From contig CBDCJH010000002.1 of NCBI GenBank assembly GCA_965217775.1, forward strand, positions 2,944,001 through 3,008,000: a stretch of DNA of 64,000 bases. The letters are read 5' to 3'. Within the stretch, counting starts at the first letter, position 1; every line of letters begins with the position of its first letter. The translations under genes and the position numbers were made by a program. Under the pieces are notes generated by a model that worked only from the letters and a program-made list of their open reading frames with translations, made no database searches and was not told the DNA's origin. This DNA is from Acidobacteriota bacterium. Lineage in GTDB: Bacteria; Acidobacteriota; UBA6911; RPQK01; JAJDTT01. Positions 49,872 to 60,089 of this stretch are shown in pieces.

Positions 49872-49917
49872 GGGCACCCCTTGTGTGTGGGTGCCCTCCT
49901 CGGACCAAATCGGAGCA
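49868..49917 (+). repeat. GTAG-type REP with tail; its TAG is the sulfatase stop codon
   Basis: GTAGGGGCACCCCTTGTGTGTGGGTGCCCTCCTCGGACCAAATCGGAGC. Confidence 0.8.
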
Positions 49918-50026
49918 TTGAGACCATTTGACCCACTCGACCCGGAAATGAGGAACGGTGGTACATGGGAGCGGGTTCGGGATATAATCGGGTCCAAATT
50001 TGTACCCTTGGGAGTGTTTCAAATCC

Positions 50027-52033
50027 ATGCAATTGAAACGCCATCTGGCAGGGAGCGTTCTCTGGCTCGCCGTTTGGAGCTTTCAGGGCGCTCATGCCAA
50101 TGACAAGCTCCAGCCCTCGGACCCCGAGTTGCGTTCCCATCACCCTCTGGGCGGGTCCCTGGGATCCCCTTTCCAGATCCGGGTGAGGGGGAAGCGCCTG
50201 CAAGGGGTCGACGCCGTCTGGTTCGAGTGTGAGGACGTTCGCGCCCGGGTCCTGGCGGTGAAGGAGATCGCGGAGACGGGGGACCAGGACGACGACCAGT
50301 ACTACAAGAAGCGGACGTTGGCCCTCTTGGGCCAGGATCAGAAGGAGCCGGAGTTCCTGGCCGTTCTGGAAGTCCAGACCACTTCCAAGACACTTCCCGG
50401 ACTGCATCACTTCCGCCTCGTGCGTCCCACGGGCCTCTCGAACTCCCTGAGCCTCCATCTGCTGGATCGCCCCCTCCGGAACGAAGAGGAATCGCCGCAC
50501 CATCGGCCCTCGCAGGCCCAGGAACTGCGCCTCCCGGCCATCGTCGACGGGACCATCGAGGAGAAGGGAGAACTGGACTACTACTCCTTCGAGGTGGAGA
50601 CCGGCGAGACGTTGGCCTTTCAGGTCCTGGCCGGATTCGAGCTGGGCGTCAATTACTGGGCCCAGACCGAGGTCCGGCTCTACGAGCCCTACCAGAGCTG
50701 GTTCGGGACCGACCGGGCGCGTCCCCTGGTCCTGAAGGGCCCGCACCTGTCCTGGGAGCCGATCCGGGTCCGGAGCTCGTGGTTCGACCGCCGTGACTTC
50801 GTGACCCAGTTTGTCCTGCACCCCCTGTTGGAGCACCGTTTCGAGAAGGCCGGACGCTATCTGCTGTCCGTGGGCACGTTTCTGGGGCGGAGTTCGGACA
50901 ACGGTTACCAGTTGCGGATCGGACCGGCCCGTAACGAGATTGTCTCGCGCCGCGTGATCGGGGCCTTCGGGCAACCGGCCCACGCCGACCCGGCCGACTG
51001 GCTGGAGCGGGATTCCACGACCCTGCGCCAGTTCGGGAGCTTTTACCGGAGACTGGGGCACGATCGGCTGACCGAGTTGAGATCCCGATCCGTGACCGCC
51101 TCCTCGTCTGGAAGCGATGCCTCACCCCCAATGGCCTCCACCCGGGATCACGAGCCCAACGACTCGCCGGAAGCCGCCCAGGAGTTGGCCCTCCCCGGTT
51201 TCGCCGAGGGCCGCATCGACTTTCCCGGCGACGTGGACCGTTTCCGGTTCCGGGTCGCCGCGGGACAGGCGCTGGCGGTCGAGGTCGAGACGCCCCGGCT
51301 CGCTCCCCCCCACTTCAGTCCCTGGCTCAAGGTGTTGGACGCCCGGGGAGAGGTGGTGGCCCACAATATCTACCGGGAATACGGCGGCAACGGCATCGAC
51401 CCCAACAAGTCCATCGAGCGGAAGACACTGCACACCTTCGAGGAGGAAGGGGACTACTGGCTGTTGGTCCGGGACCTGACCGACCACGCCTGGGGAGACG
51501 AATTCCAATATCGGGTGCTGGTTCGGCCGCAGGTTCCCCATGTGGGGCGGATGGAGGTCTCGTTGGGTGTCTTCTCGGTGTCGTCCCAACTCATCGAGAT
51601 GACGGATCGCCTCAACCTGAAACCGGGGGAATCCCGGCGCCTGACCCTGGTGGCCGACCTGGAGGAAGGGTTCGACGGAGGAATCCTGGTGGAAGTCGAC
51701 GGCCTTCCCGCCGGAATGCGCGTCCAAGCCGCCACGCCGGCCAGTTGGAGCGGGCTTTTGGTCCAGGGAATCCAGTATCGGCCGCCGGGCGAACATATCG
51801 TGGACCCCAAGAGCCATCGTCCCAACCGGCGGGCGGTCACGCTGGTTCTGCAAACGGATTCCCAGGTTCAACCGACTTCCCTGCCCCGGTTCCTGAGGAT
51901 TCGGGCTCGGCCCATGTCGGCGAACCGGACCGGCCCCCCGATCATGGCGGGCAGGATTCCTCTTCTGATCCTGGACTCACCTGAGACCGCCGAAGCCGGC
52001 GCCGACCGGCAGGAGGTGGCGCTGGCCCCATGA
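50027..52033 (+). CDS. Secreted PPC (pre-peptidase C-terminal) domain protein of the DUF1549/DUF1501 cluster type
   Basis: HPLGGSLG, EPNDSPEAAQ, GDVDRFRF, GDYWLLVRD, YRV repeats. Confidence 0.8.
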   Translation: MQLKRHLAGSVLWLAVWSFQGAHANDKLQPSDPELRSHHPLGGSLGSPFQIRVRGKRLQGVDAVWFECEDVRARVLAVKEIAETGDQDDDQYYKKRTLALLGQDQKEPEFLAVLEVQTTSKTLPGLHHFRLVRPTGLSNSLSLHLLDRPLRNEEESPHHRPSQAQELRLPAIVDGTIEEKGELDYYSFEVETGETLAFQVLAGFELGVNYWAQTEVRLYEPYQSWFGTDRARPLVLKGPHLSWEPIRVRSSWFDRRDFVTQFVLHPLLEHRFEKAGRYLLSVGTFLGRSSDNGYQLRIGPARNEIVSRRVIGAFGQPAHADPADWLERDSTTLRQFGSFYRRLGHDRLTELRSRSVTASSSGSDASPPMASTRDHEPNDSPEAAQELALPGFAEGRIDFPGDVDRFRFRVAAGQALAVEVETPRLAPPHFSPWLKVLDARGEVVAHNIYREYGGNGIDPNKSIERKTLHTFEEEGDYWLLVRDLTDHAWGDEFQYRVLVRPQVPHVGRMEVSLGVFSVSSQLIEMTDRLNLKPGESRRLTLVADLEEGFDGGILVEVDGLPAGMRVQAATPASWSGLLVQGIQYRPPGEHIVDPKSHRPNRRAVTLVLQTDSQVQPTSLPRFLRIRARPMSANRTGPPIMAGRIPLLILDSPETAEAGADRQEVALAP

Positions 52034-54567
52034 AGTCACCGAACTTGGTCCGAAATCTGTTCTCCTGCGTCATGGCAAGCGTTCTTCTGGGCGCCGGGAC
52101 CCCGGCGGCGGCCGCCTCGCCAACCGTCCTGTCGCTACGTGTACTGCCGGAAGAGGTCGTGCTCCCGAACGCCGGCGCCTCTCAACGCTTTCTGATCCTG
52201 GGACGGGGAGCCGACGGTCTGGAGCGGGACGTCACCTCCCAGAGCCGGTTTTCCCTGGCTTCGAGTGGAGTCGCCCAAGTGGACCCGGCGGGACGGGTGA
52301 CTTCCCTGGCGGCAGGAGAGACCACGCTCCAGGTCCGCAGGGGCGAGTTGACGGCCCGGGCCTCGATTCGCGTCTCCAAGGCTGGAGCGCAAAGACCGTT
52401 CAGCTTTTCGCGGGATATCGGAACCATCCTCACCAAACGGGGATGCAACTCCAGCGACTGTCACGGCGGAGTCAAGGGCCGAGCCGGGTTCAAGCTCTCC
52501 ATCGACGCCCTCCATCCCCGCGACGACTACCGGTGGATCGTCCAGGGCGGAGACTACCAGGTCATGAGCGCCGAAGCAGGCGGCGCGATTGAGCCGCGAG
52601 TGGACCTGGCAGCTCCGGACCGAAGCCTCCTGTTGCAGAAACCCACGCTCCAAATCCCCCACGGCGGCGGCGAACGCATCTCCCCGGACTCGCCGGACTA
52701 CCGGGTGCTGCTGGACTGGGTCCGGCAGGGCGCCCGCTACGGCGACGAAACGGCCGAGACGGCTCGGAAGATCCGCCGGCTGGAGGTCCTCCCTTCCGAG
52801 GTGGTCCTGGAATCCGGGGCTCGCCACGGGCTGGTGGTGAGGGCCCACCTTTCGGACGGATCGCATGAGGACGTGACCGGCCAGGTGCGCTATGAATCCT
52901 CCAACCTGGAGACCGTGAAGGTGGATTCCGAAGGAACGGTTCGGGCCCTGAACCCGGGCGAAACCAGCGTCCTGGTGCGCGCTCCGGGTCACGTGGTGAG
53001 CACTCGGATCGGCGTCATCGCCGATGCCGTGACCGACTCCGTCTCCTACGCCTCGCGCAACTACATCGACGAGTACGTCCTGGCCAAACTGCGGAAGTTC
53101 CACCTCCGGCCCGCGCGCCGTTCCACCGATGCCGAGTTTCTCCGGCGCATCTGCCTGGATCTGACCGGGACCCTGCCTCCTCCCCATCGCGTCCGGGAGT
53201 TTCTGGCCAGCCGGGATCCGGACAAGCGAGAGCAGTTGGTGGACCTGCTTCTGGAGTCGTTGGAGTTCACCGACTACTGGACCTTCCGTCTGGCCGACCT
53301 GATGCGGGTCGGCCACACCGCCACCGGCATGGCCGAGCACGGACACATCTACTGGCAATGGGTCCGCGACTCGGTGGCCACCAACAAACCCTACGACCGG
53401 ATGGCAAGTGAACGGATCACGGCCCAGGGTTACGATGGGGCCTCGCGCCATTTCCTGCAAAACGGGGTCATCCCCAGGCCCGAGAACGCCATGGCCGAGC
53501 AGTTCCGGGTCTTCCTGGGACGGCGCCTGGACTGCGCCCAATGCCACAACCATCCCTATGAGTCCTGGAGCCAGGATGAATTCTGGGGCTTGGCCGCCTT
53601 CTTCAAGCGGGTCACCCGGTCCGAGTGGTCCGGGTTCGGCACTTCCTTGATCTACGACGACCCGGATGGACCCGACCCCGATTTCGGCACCGACCCCAAC
53701 AGCAAGAAAGCCATTCATCCCCGGACCGGCCGGGAAGTGGAGCCGATCCTGCCCGACGGTTCACCGGTCCCCGCCCACGCCCACTCCAGTCCCCGCCAGA
53801 CCTTTGCGCGTTGGGTGACCAACCACCCCTGGTTCGCCGAAGCTGCGGTCAACCGTTTCTGGAGCGCCATCTTCGGACGAGGCCTGGTGGAACCGGTGGA
53901 CGACTTTCGATCGACCAATCCTCCGAGTCATCCCCGGCTGCTGAAGGCCCTGGCCCGGGATTTCCGGGAGCAGGGATACGATCTGAAGCAGTTGCTCCGG
54001 CGCATGGTCCTCTCGGAGACCTACCAGCTCTCCTCCACGCCGCATCCCGACTCGGAAGCAGATCGAATCAACTACTCCCACTCCCTGCCCCGGCCCCTGG
54101 ACGCCGAAGTTCTCCTCGACGCGGTGACTTCGGTGACCGCCGTGCCCCAGACCTTCGAGACCACCGACAAGGGAATGGCGCCTCCGGGCACTCGGGCCAT
54201 CGAGCTGACCATGCCGGACATCTTCCCCTCGGCCTTCATGGACATGTACGGGAGAACCGATCGCGCGCAGGTCCCGGAGCGGAGCGTCGAGCCCAGCCTG
54301 AATCAGGCGCTTCATCTCCTGGTGGGATCGACCTATACGGAGAAACTGGCCGCTGAGGGAAGCCGTCTGGAACGCCTGATGGCTGCCGGCGCCACCGACG
54401 CCGAGATCATCGAAGATCTCTATCTCGCCGCCCTGACCCGCTATCCCCGCCCGGAAGAGCGGGACGGGCTGGAGCAACTGATCCAGCGGAATCCCTCCCG
54501 GGGAGAGGGCCTGAAGAACCTGGTCTGGGCGCTCTTGGCATCGCGGGAATTCGCCCACAACCACTGA
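52030..54567 (+). CDS. DUF1549/DUF1553 domain protein with Ig-like repeats and heme-like motifs
   Basis: GCNSSDCHGG, NYIDEYV, EFLRRICLDLTGTLP, CAQCHNHP, NRFW..GRGLVEPVDD, PSHPRLL, WALLASREF. Confidence 0.9.
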   Translation: MKSPNLVRNLFSCVMASVLLGAGTPAAAASPTVLSLRVLPEEVVLPNAGASQRFLILGRGADGLERDVTSQSRFSLASSGVAQVDPAGRVTSLAAGETTLQVRRGELTARASIRVSKAGAQRPFSFSRDIGTILTKRGCNSSDCHGGVKGRAGFKLSIDALHPRDDYRWIVQGGDYQVMSAEAGGAIEPRVDLAAPDRSLLLQKPTLQIPHGGGERISPDSPDYRVLLDWVRQGARYGDETAETARKIRRLEVLPSEVVLESGARHGLVVRAHLSDGSHEDVTGQVRYESSNLETVKVDSEGTVRALNPGETSVLVRAPGHVVSTRIGVIADAVTDSVSYASRNYIDEYVLAKLRKFHLRPARRSTDAEFLRRICLDLTGTLPPPHRVREFLASRDPDKREQLVDLLLESLEFTDYWTFRLADLMRVGHTATGMAEHGHIYWQWVRDSVATNKPYDRMASERITAQGYDGASRHFLQNGVIPRPENAMAEQFRVFLGRRLDCAQCHNHPYESWSQDEFWGLAAFFKRVTRSEWSGFGTSLIYDDPDGPDPDFGTDPNSKKAIHPRTGREVEPILPDGSPVPAHAHSSPRQTFARWVTNHPWFAEAAVNRFWSAIFGRGLVEPVDDFRSTNPPSHPRLLKALARDFREQGYDLKQLLRRMVLSETYQLSSTPHPDSEADRINYSHSLPRPLDAEVLLDAVTSVTAVPQTFETTDKGMAPPGTRAIELTMPDIFPSAFMDMYGRTDRAQVPERSVEPSLNQALHLLVGSTYTEKLAAEGSRLERLMAAGATDAEIIEDLYLAALTRYPRPEERDGLEQLIQRNPSRGEGLKNLVWALLASREFAHNH

Positions 54568-54590
54568 GTGAACGTACTGAGAGAAACAAC

Positions 54591-55925
54591 ATGAAGTATA
54601 CGGGGTGTCTGTTGCCGACTCCGGACGTCCTGGCGAGGCGATCCTTCCTGAAGGTGGGATCTCTGAGCCTGCTGGGAATGTCCTTGAGCCGTTACCTGGA
54701 AGCCGCCCACCTCAGGGCCAAGGCGGGGAAGGACGTCGTGTCGGCCAAGGCCCGTTCTTGCATCCTCATCTGGTTGGAGGGGGGGCCCGCCCAAATGGAC
54801 ACCTGGGACCCCAAGCCCAACAGCAGCTTTGGATCCATATCCACCAACGTGCCCGGCATCCGGATCTCCGAGCTGCTCCCCAACCTGTCCCGGCATATGG
54901 ACAAGGTCTCCATTATCCGCTCCATGCAGTCGCTGGAGCCGAACCACGAGAGGGCCATCTACTACGGCCTCACCGGCCACCGGCCCACACCGGCCATGGA
55001 CTTTCCCGGCATCGGGTCCATCGTCTGCCGGGAGCTGGGCCGGATCAACCATGTCCCGCCCAACGTCGTGGTTCCGGCCAAGGCGGGCAACCGGCACTAC
55101 GACTGCCAGAAGGGGCAGTTCCTGGGGCCCGAGTTCGATCCCATGATGGTGGGGAACCCCAACGACAAGGACTTCCAGGTGCTCGACCTCAGCCTTCCCA
55201 AGACCCTCACCCGGGAACACCTGGAGGACCGGCGGACTTTCCTGAATCTGGTGGACGGGTACTACCGGAAGAAGATCCGGACCGCCGAGCACACCAAGAT
55301 GGACCGTTTCAGCCAACAGGCCCTGGAGATGATCACGTCCCCGGAGGTGCGCCAAGCTTTCGACCTGAGCCGGGAATCGGAGAAGACCCGGGACGCCTAC
55401 GGCCGGACCAGCTTCGGCCAGAGCCTCCTTCTGGCCCGGCGCCTGGTGGAGTCGGGAAGCCGATTCATCACGGCGGCCGGCCACGACCTCAACGGCTGGG
55501 ACACCCACTCCGACAACGACCGCCGGAACCTCAAGCAGACGGCAAAGCTGGACGAATCCCTGCCGGTCCTGCTGGAGGACCTCCACCAGCGGGGCCTGTG
55601 GGAGTCCACCGTGGTGGTGGTCATGGGCGAGTTCGGACGCAGCCCCCACCACAACTCCAAGGCGGGAAGAGACCACTGGCCCCACTGCTGGTCCCTGCTA
55701 TTGGGAGGCGGCGGGATCGAAGGCGGCAAGGTGGTGGGCGCCAGCGACGACCGCGGAGCCTACGTGGCGGAGCGAAGGGTCACCATCGGGGACCTGTTCG
55801 CCACCCTCTACAAGGCCTTCGGCATCGACTGGCACAAGGAGTACATGAGCCCCATCGGCCGCCCCGTGAAGATCGCCAACTCCATCGACGACGAGACGGG
55901 TCAGCCGGTTTCGGAGTTGATTTAG
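54591..55925 (+). CDS. DUF1501 domain protein
   Basis: RRSFLKVG, WLEGGPAQMDTWDPKP, LLARRLVESG, WDTH, GEFGRSP, GRDHW. Confidence 0.92.
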   Translation: MKYTGCLLPTPDVLARRSFLKVGSLSLLGMSLSRYLEAAHLRAKAGKDVVSAKARSCILIWLEGGPAQMDTWDPKPNSSFGSISTNVPGIRISELLPNLSRHMDKVSIIRSMQSLEPNHERAIYYGLTGHRPTPAMDFPGIGSIVCRELGRINHVPPNVVVPAKAGNRHYDCQKGQFLGPEFDPMMVGNPNDKDFQVLDLSLPKTLTREHLEDRRTFLNLVDGYYRKKIRTAEHTKMDRFSQQALEMITSPEVRQAFDLSRESEKTRDAYGRTSFGQSLLLARRLVESGSRFITAAGHDLNGWDTHSDNDRRNLKQTAKLDESLPVLLEDLHQRGLWESTVVVVMGEFGRSPHHNSKAGRDHWPHCWSLLLGGGGIEGGKVVGASDDRGAYVAERRVTIGDLFATLYKAFGIDWHKEYMSPIGRPVKIANSIDDETGQPVSELI

Positions 55926-55942
55926 CTGAATCGGGCGCCGTC

Positions 55943-56026
55943 GTAGGGGCGATCCTTGTGTGGTCGCCCTCTGCCCGCAGCACCGGCGGTGGAACGGAAG
56001 AGGGCACCCACAAGGGGTGCCCCTAC
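55943..56026. repeat. REPIN-like doublet (two inverted GTAG REPs), copy 1
   Basis: GTAGGGGCGATCCTTGTGTGGTCGCCCT-spacer-AGGGCACCCACAAGGGGTGCCCCTAC. Confidence 0.85.
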
Positions 56027-56180
56027 CGATCTTATTTTTTCCCGGGTTGGCCGCGCCCAGTTTTTTACAGCGCTTGGGGGAGCCACTCGGCAACGGCCTT
56101 TCGCCGCCTCGCTGCTTGACGCTCTCGATCTTCTTCCTTCATGAGCTGAACCTTGCTGGGTGGTACGCGTGGTACGCAAC

Positions 56181-56262
56181 GTAGGGGCGACCCTTGTGGT
56201 CGCCCTCTGCCCGCAGCACCGGCAGTGGAATGGAAGAGGGCACCCACAAGGGGTGCCCCTAC
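56181..56262. repeat. REPIN-like doublet, copy 2 (near-identical direct repeat of copy 1)
   Basis: GTAGGGGCGACCCTTGTGGTCGCCCT-spacer-AGGGCACCCACAAGGGGTGCCCCTAC. Confidence 0.85.
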
Positions 56263-56536
56263 GTTCAAAAGGGGCCGCCCACGAGGCGTATGGTATCAGG
56301 ACATCCTTTACACATCACAAGCACAGAAAGGGACGACCAGCAGACAGCCTATTGGGCGGTTCCTGTGATCTGGGTCGTTCGGTGCCGCGGTGGCACGTCC
56401 CGGAAAGACGACTCCCGAAAAATAGACTGTCCCCTCTTTCGCTTTGGAAGAGCGCTTTGGAAGAGGGGCGCCCCTGTCGTCGTTCGTCGTTGCAAGCTGA
56501 GGGGGTTTCGGCGCCGGTCGAGTGCCGGGCCAACCG

Positions 56537-57691
56537 TTACGTCGAGTCGTCGAGGGCAAGTTTCCCCAGTCGTTTGAGAAAACTCCACTTGCGTGCATGC
56601 CGGTGGCAGATTGATCGGACCCGTTTCGAGAACTCCTCCGTCGTACCATCCTCTTCGGCCAGTGTCCGGAGGTCGAAGATCAAGCCGGCCGCCCGATCGT
56701 AGCCGCTGGCATTGCGTCTTCCGATCTCCGTTTCGATCTCGCCCCAGACTCTCTCCCCCCGCTTCCTGACGGCTTTGATTCGTGCACGCCGCGCCCGCTC
56801 GGCCTCTTCCGCCTGCCGACGTCGTTCGGCCTCCACCCGTTTGGCCGTCGCGACCCGCCGCGCTTCGCGGATCTCCTCCACCCGGCCGCGCAGGTCCGCA
56901 ACCGTCCGGCGCCTGGCTTGTGGCTCACCTGCCGACAGTGTGACCGCCTCACGAACCCTGCGCTGGACTTCGACCATCACATGCGGATCGCCATCGACGA
57001 GGCGCCGGAGAAGCGCTGTCATCTCCTCGTGGGGGATGGCCTCGACCGCCCTGCGGCGCGCGGCCGCGGATACCTTTCCGAGATCCGCGTTCAGGGGGAC
57101 TTCGGCGGCGACCTGCACCAGATCCGGATCGATATGGAAGAAATTGCCGAACGCTTCGAGCGAACCGGTGAGGGGACCGATGCCCGGCAGCGGCTCGTTT
57201 TCGTCATCCTCCAGGTCTCCGGCTTCTACCGCCGTCAACCAGAGGAGGTAGAAGAGCCTCAGATCACCCGAGAGCAGGTCGGAGCGCAACGGCGCCATCG
57301 CGCCAAGCAAGCCGGGGCCGTCGTCCAAATGGTCGTATTCATACTCCTCGTCTTCGGACCAGATGTCGACGATCAGATTCCTTCCCGAAACCCGGACCTG
57401 GACCCCGTCGACCTCACGCAGGAAGACCTTCAACCGCGAACGGGCCAGGAACCGCTTGGGCACTCGGATCATGAGCCGCCTCGTCCCCCAATTGGCGAGA
57501 TAGAGATGCAGGTCGAACCAGCGCTCCATCATATTTTCGGGATTGCCGCCGAAGTCGCCCCAGTTGTAGTGATTGACGAAGCTCGTGGCGGTGATCCGCG
57601 CCCGTGTCGACAGCCCTCCCAGGGCCCGCATGTCCGCCTCGCCGAGTGGCCGGTCGATGGCTTGAAACTCGTAATACTGATATTCGCTCAA
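56537..57691 (-). CDS. Conserved hypothetical protein (MSEYQYYEF family)
   Basis: MSEYQYYEFQAIDRPL...STRARIT...YNWGDF...FDLHLYLANWGTRRLM, GDLRLFYLLWL, helical C-terminus. TTG start. Confidence 0.75.
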   Translation of the reverse strand: MSEYQYYEFQAIDRPLGEADMRALGGLSTRARITATSFVNHYNWGDFGGNPENMMERWFDLHLYLANWGTRRLMIRVPKRFLARSRLKVFLREVDGVQVRVSGRNLIVDIWSEDEEYEYDHLDDGPGLLGAMAPLRSDLLSGDLRLFYLLWLTAVEAGDLEDDENEPLPGIGPLTGSLEAFGNFFHIDPDLVQVAAEVPLNADLGKVSAAARRRAVEAIPHEEMTALLRRLVDGDPHVMVEVQRRVREAVTLSAGEPQARRRTVADLRGRVEEIREARRVATAKRVEAERRRQAEEAERARRARIKAVRKRGERVWGEIETEIGRRNASGYDRAAGLIFDLRTLAEEDGTTEEFSKRVRSICHRHARKWSFLKRLGKLALDDST

Positions 57692-57925
57692 TGACAGGCC
57701 CCCTTTCGGGTGGTGGGATGAAACATGTCTTCCGTTTCACGCGGGCCAAAGGATACCGGTCCTGTACCCAGGCCATCGTCTATCGTTCGCCGTGCCGACT
57801 CCGAACGGTTCAGAACCGGCTGCAAGCACCATGCGGCCTTCGCTTCGAACCGGGCGCCGACGAATCGTGGCGTGGTGTCAGGATTTTCCGACAAGGAGGG
57901 GCGGGACCGCTGCCGCGACTCCGCC

Positions 57926-59359
<1,434 letters not shown>

Positions 59360-59476
59360 GAGTCTGGATTCCCTTCCATCAAATCTGATATCGATCGCCG
59401 GAAGCCCGGGAATGAACGTCCCGAACGGCACTGAACCCGGCGTCCAGGGTGCGACGACCCTTTCCCAAGGGTAGTT

Positions 59477-59485
59477 AGGATAGCA
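59477..59485 (-). promoter_or_regulatory. Putative extended -10 promoter of ahcY
   Basis: Minus strand TGcTATCCT about 118 bp upstream of the ATG. Confidence 0.45.
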
Positions 59486-59544
59486 GAAAGTCAGCCAACC
59501 GGAGCCGTCCGGGGTTCCGGAGCAGAGTTCCAGGCGGCGTCCTT

Positions 59545-59991
59545 CTACCGCCTGCGGGACGCCTCATAAAACTTGATGTAGTCCTCCACCGAGGTGCCGG
59601 CGACGGTCTCGGCAATGAGGTCCGGAGGCAGGTCTTCCACCCGCCTGAAGCGGACGCACGACTTGCCCATGTTGAGTTTTTTCCCGCTTGCCTTGAACCT
59701 CTCCTCGAACCGGATCCTGGATTCCCGGTGGCTGTAGACGCACATCAGGTAAAGGGACATGTACCGCTTCTGAGAGGCCAGAGCAGCGTACATGAGGGGC
59801 TGCTTGTTGTACGTCTCGGGATAACGCTCCAAGGGAATCTCATAAGTGATCATCCCCCAGTTCATGGTCTCGACATAACCTGGCGGCAGGTTGTCCAAGA
59901 CCAACTCCCTCACCGCCTGAATCTCCTCCCGGCGGTCCGGGACAAGCTCTTGCAAGTACTCCTCGACCGTGGCGGCAGCGCTTCTGACCAT
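59545..59991 (-). CDS. DUF1801 domain protein
   Basis: [42 protein letters not shown]. Confidence 0.88.
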   Translation of the reverse strand: MVRSAAATVEEYLQELVPDRREEIQAVRELVLDNLPPGYVETMNWGMITYEIPLERYPETYNKQPLMYAALASQKRYMSLYLMCVYSHRESRIRFEERFKASGKKLNMGKSCVRFRRVEDLPPDLIAETVAGTSVEDYIKFYEASRRR

Positions 59992-60089
59992 GGGTTCACC
60001 CTATCAGAATCGATCCGCCGGCATCCCAGGAATCTCGTGGCCTCCCGGCTGTTGCCGAAGCCGACTTCCGCGGGAGAGAATCAGCGGCC

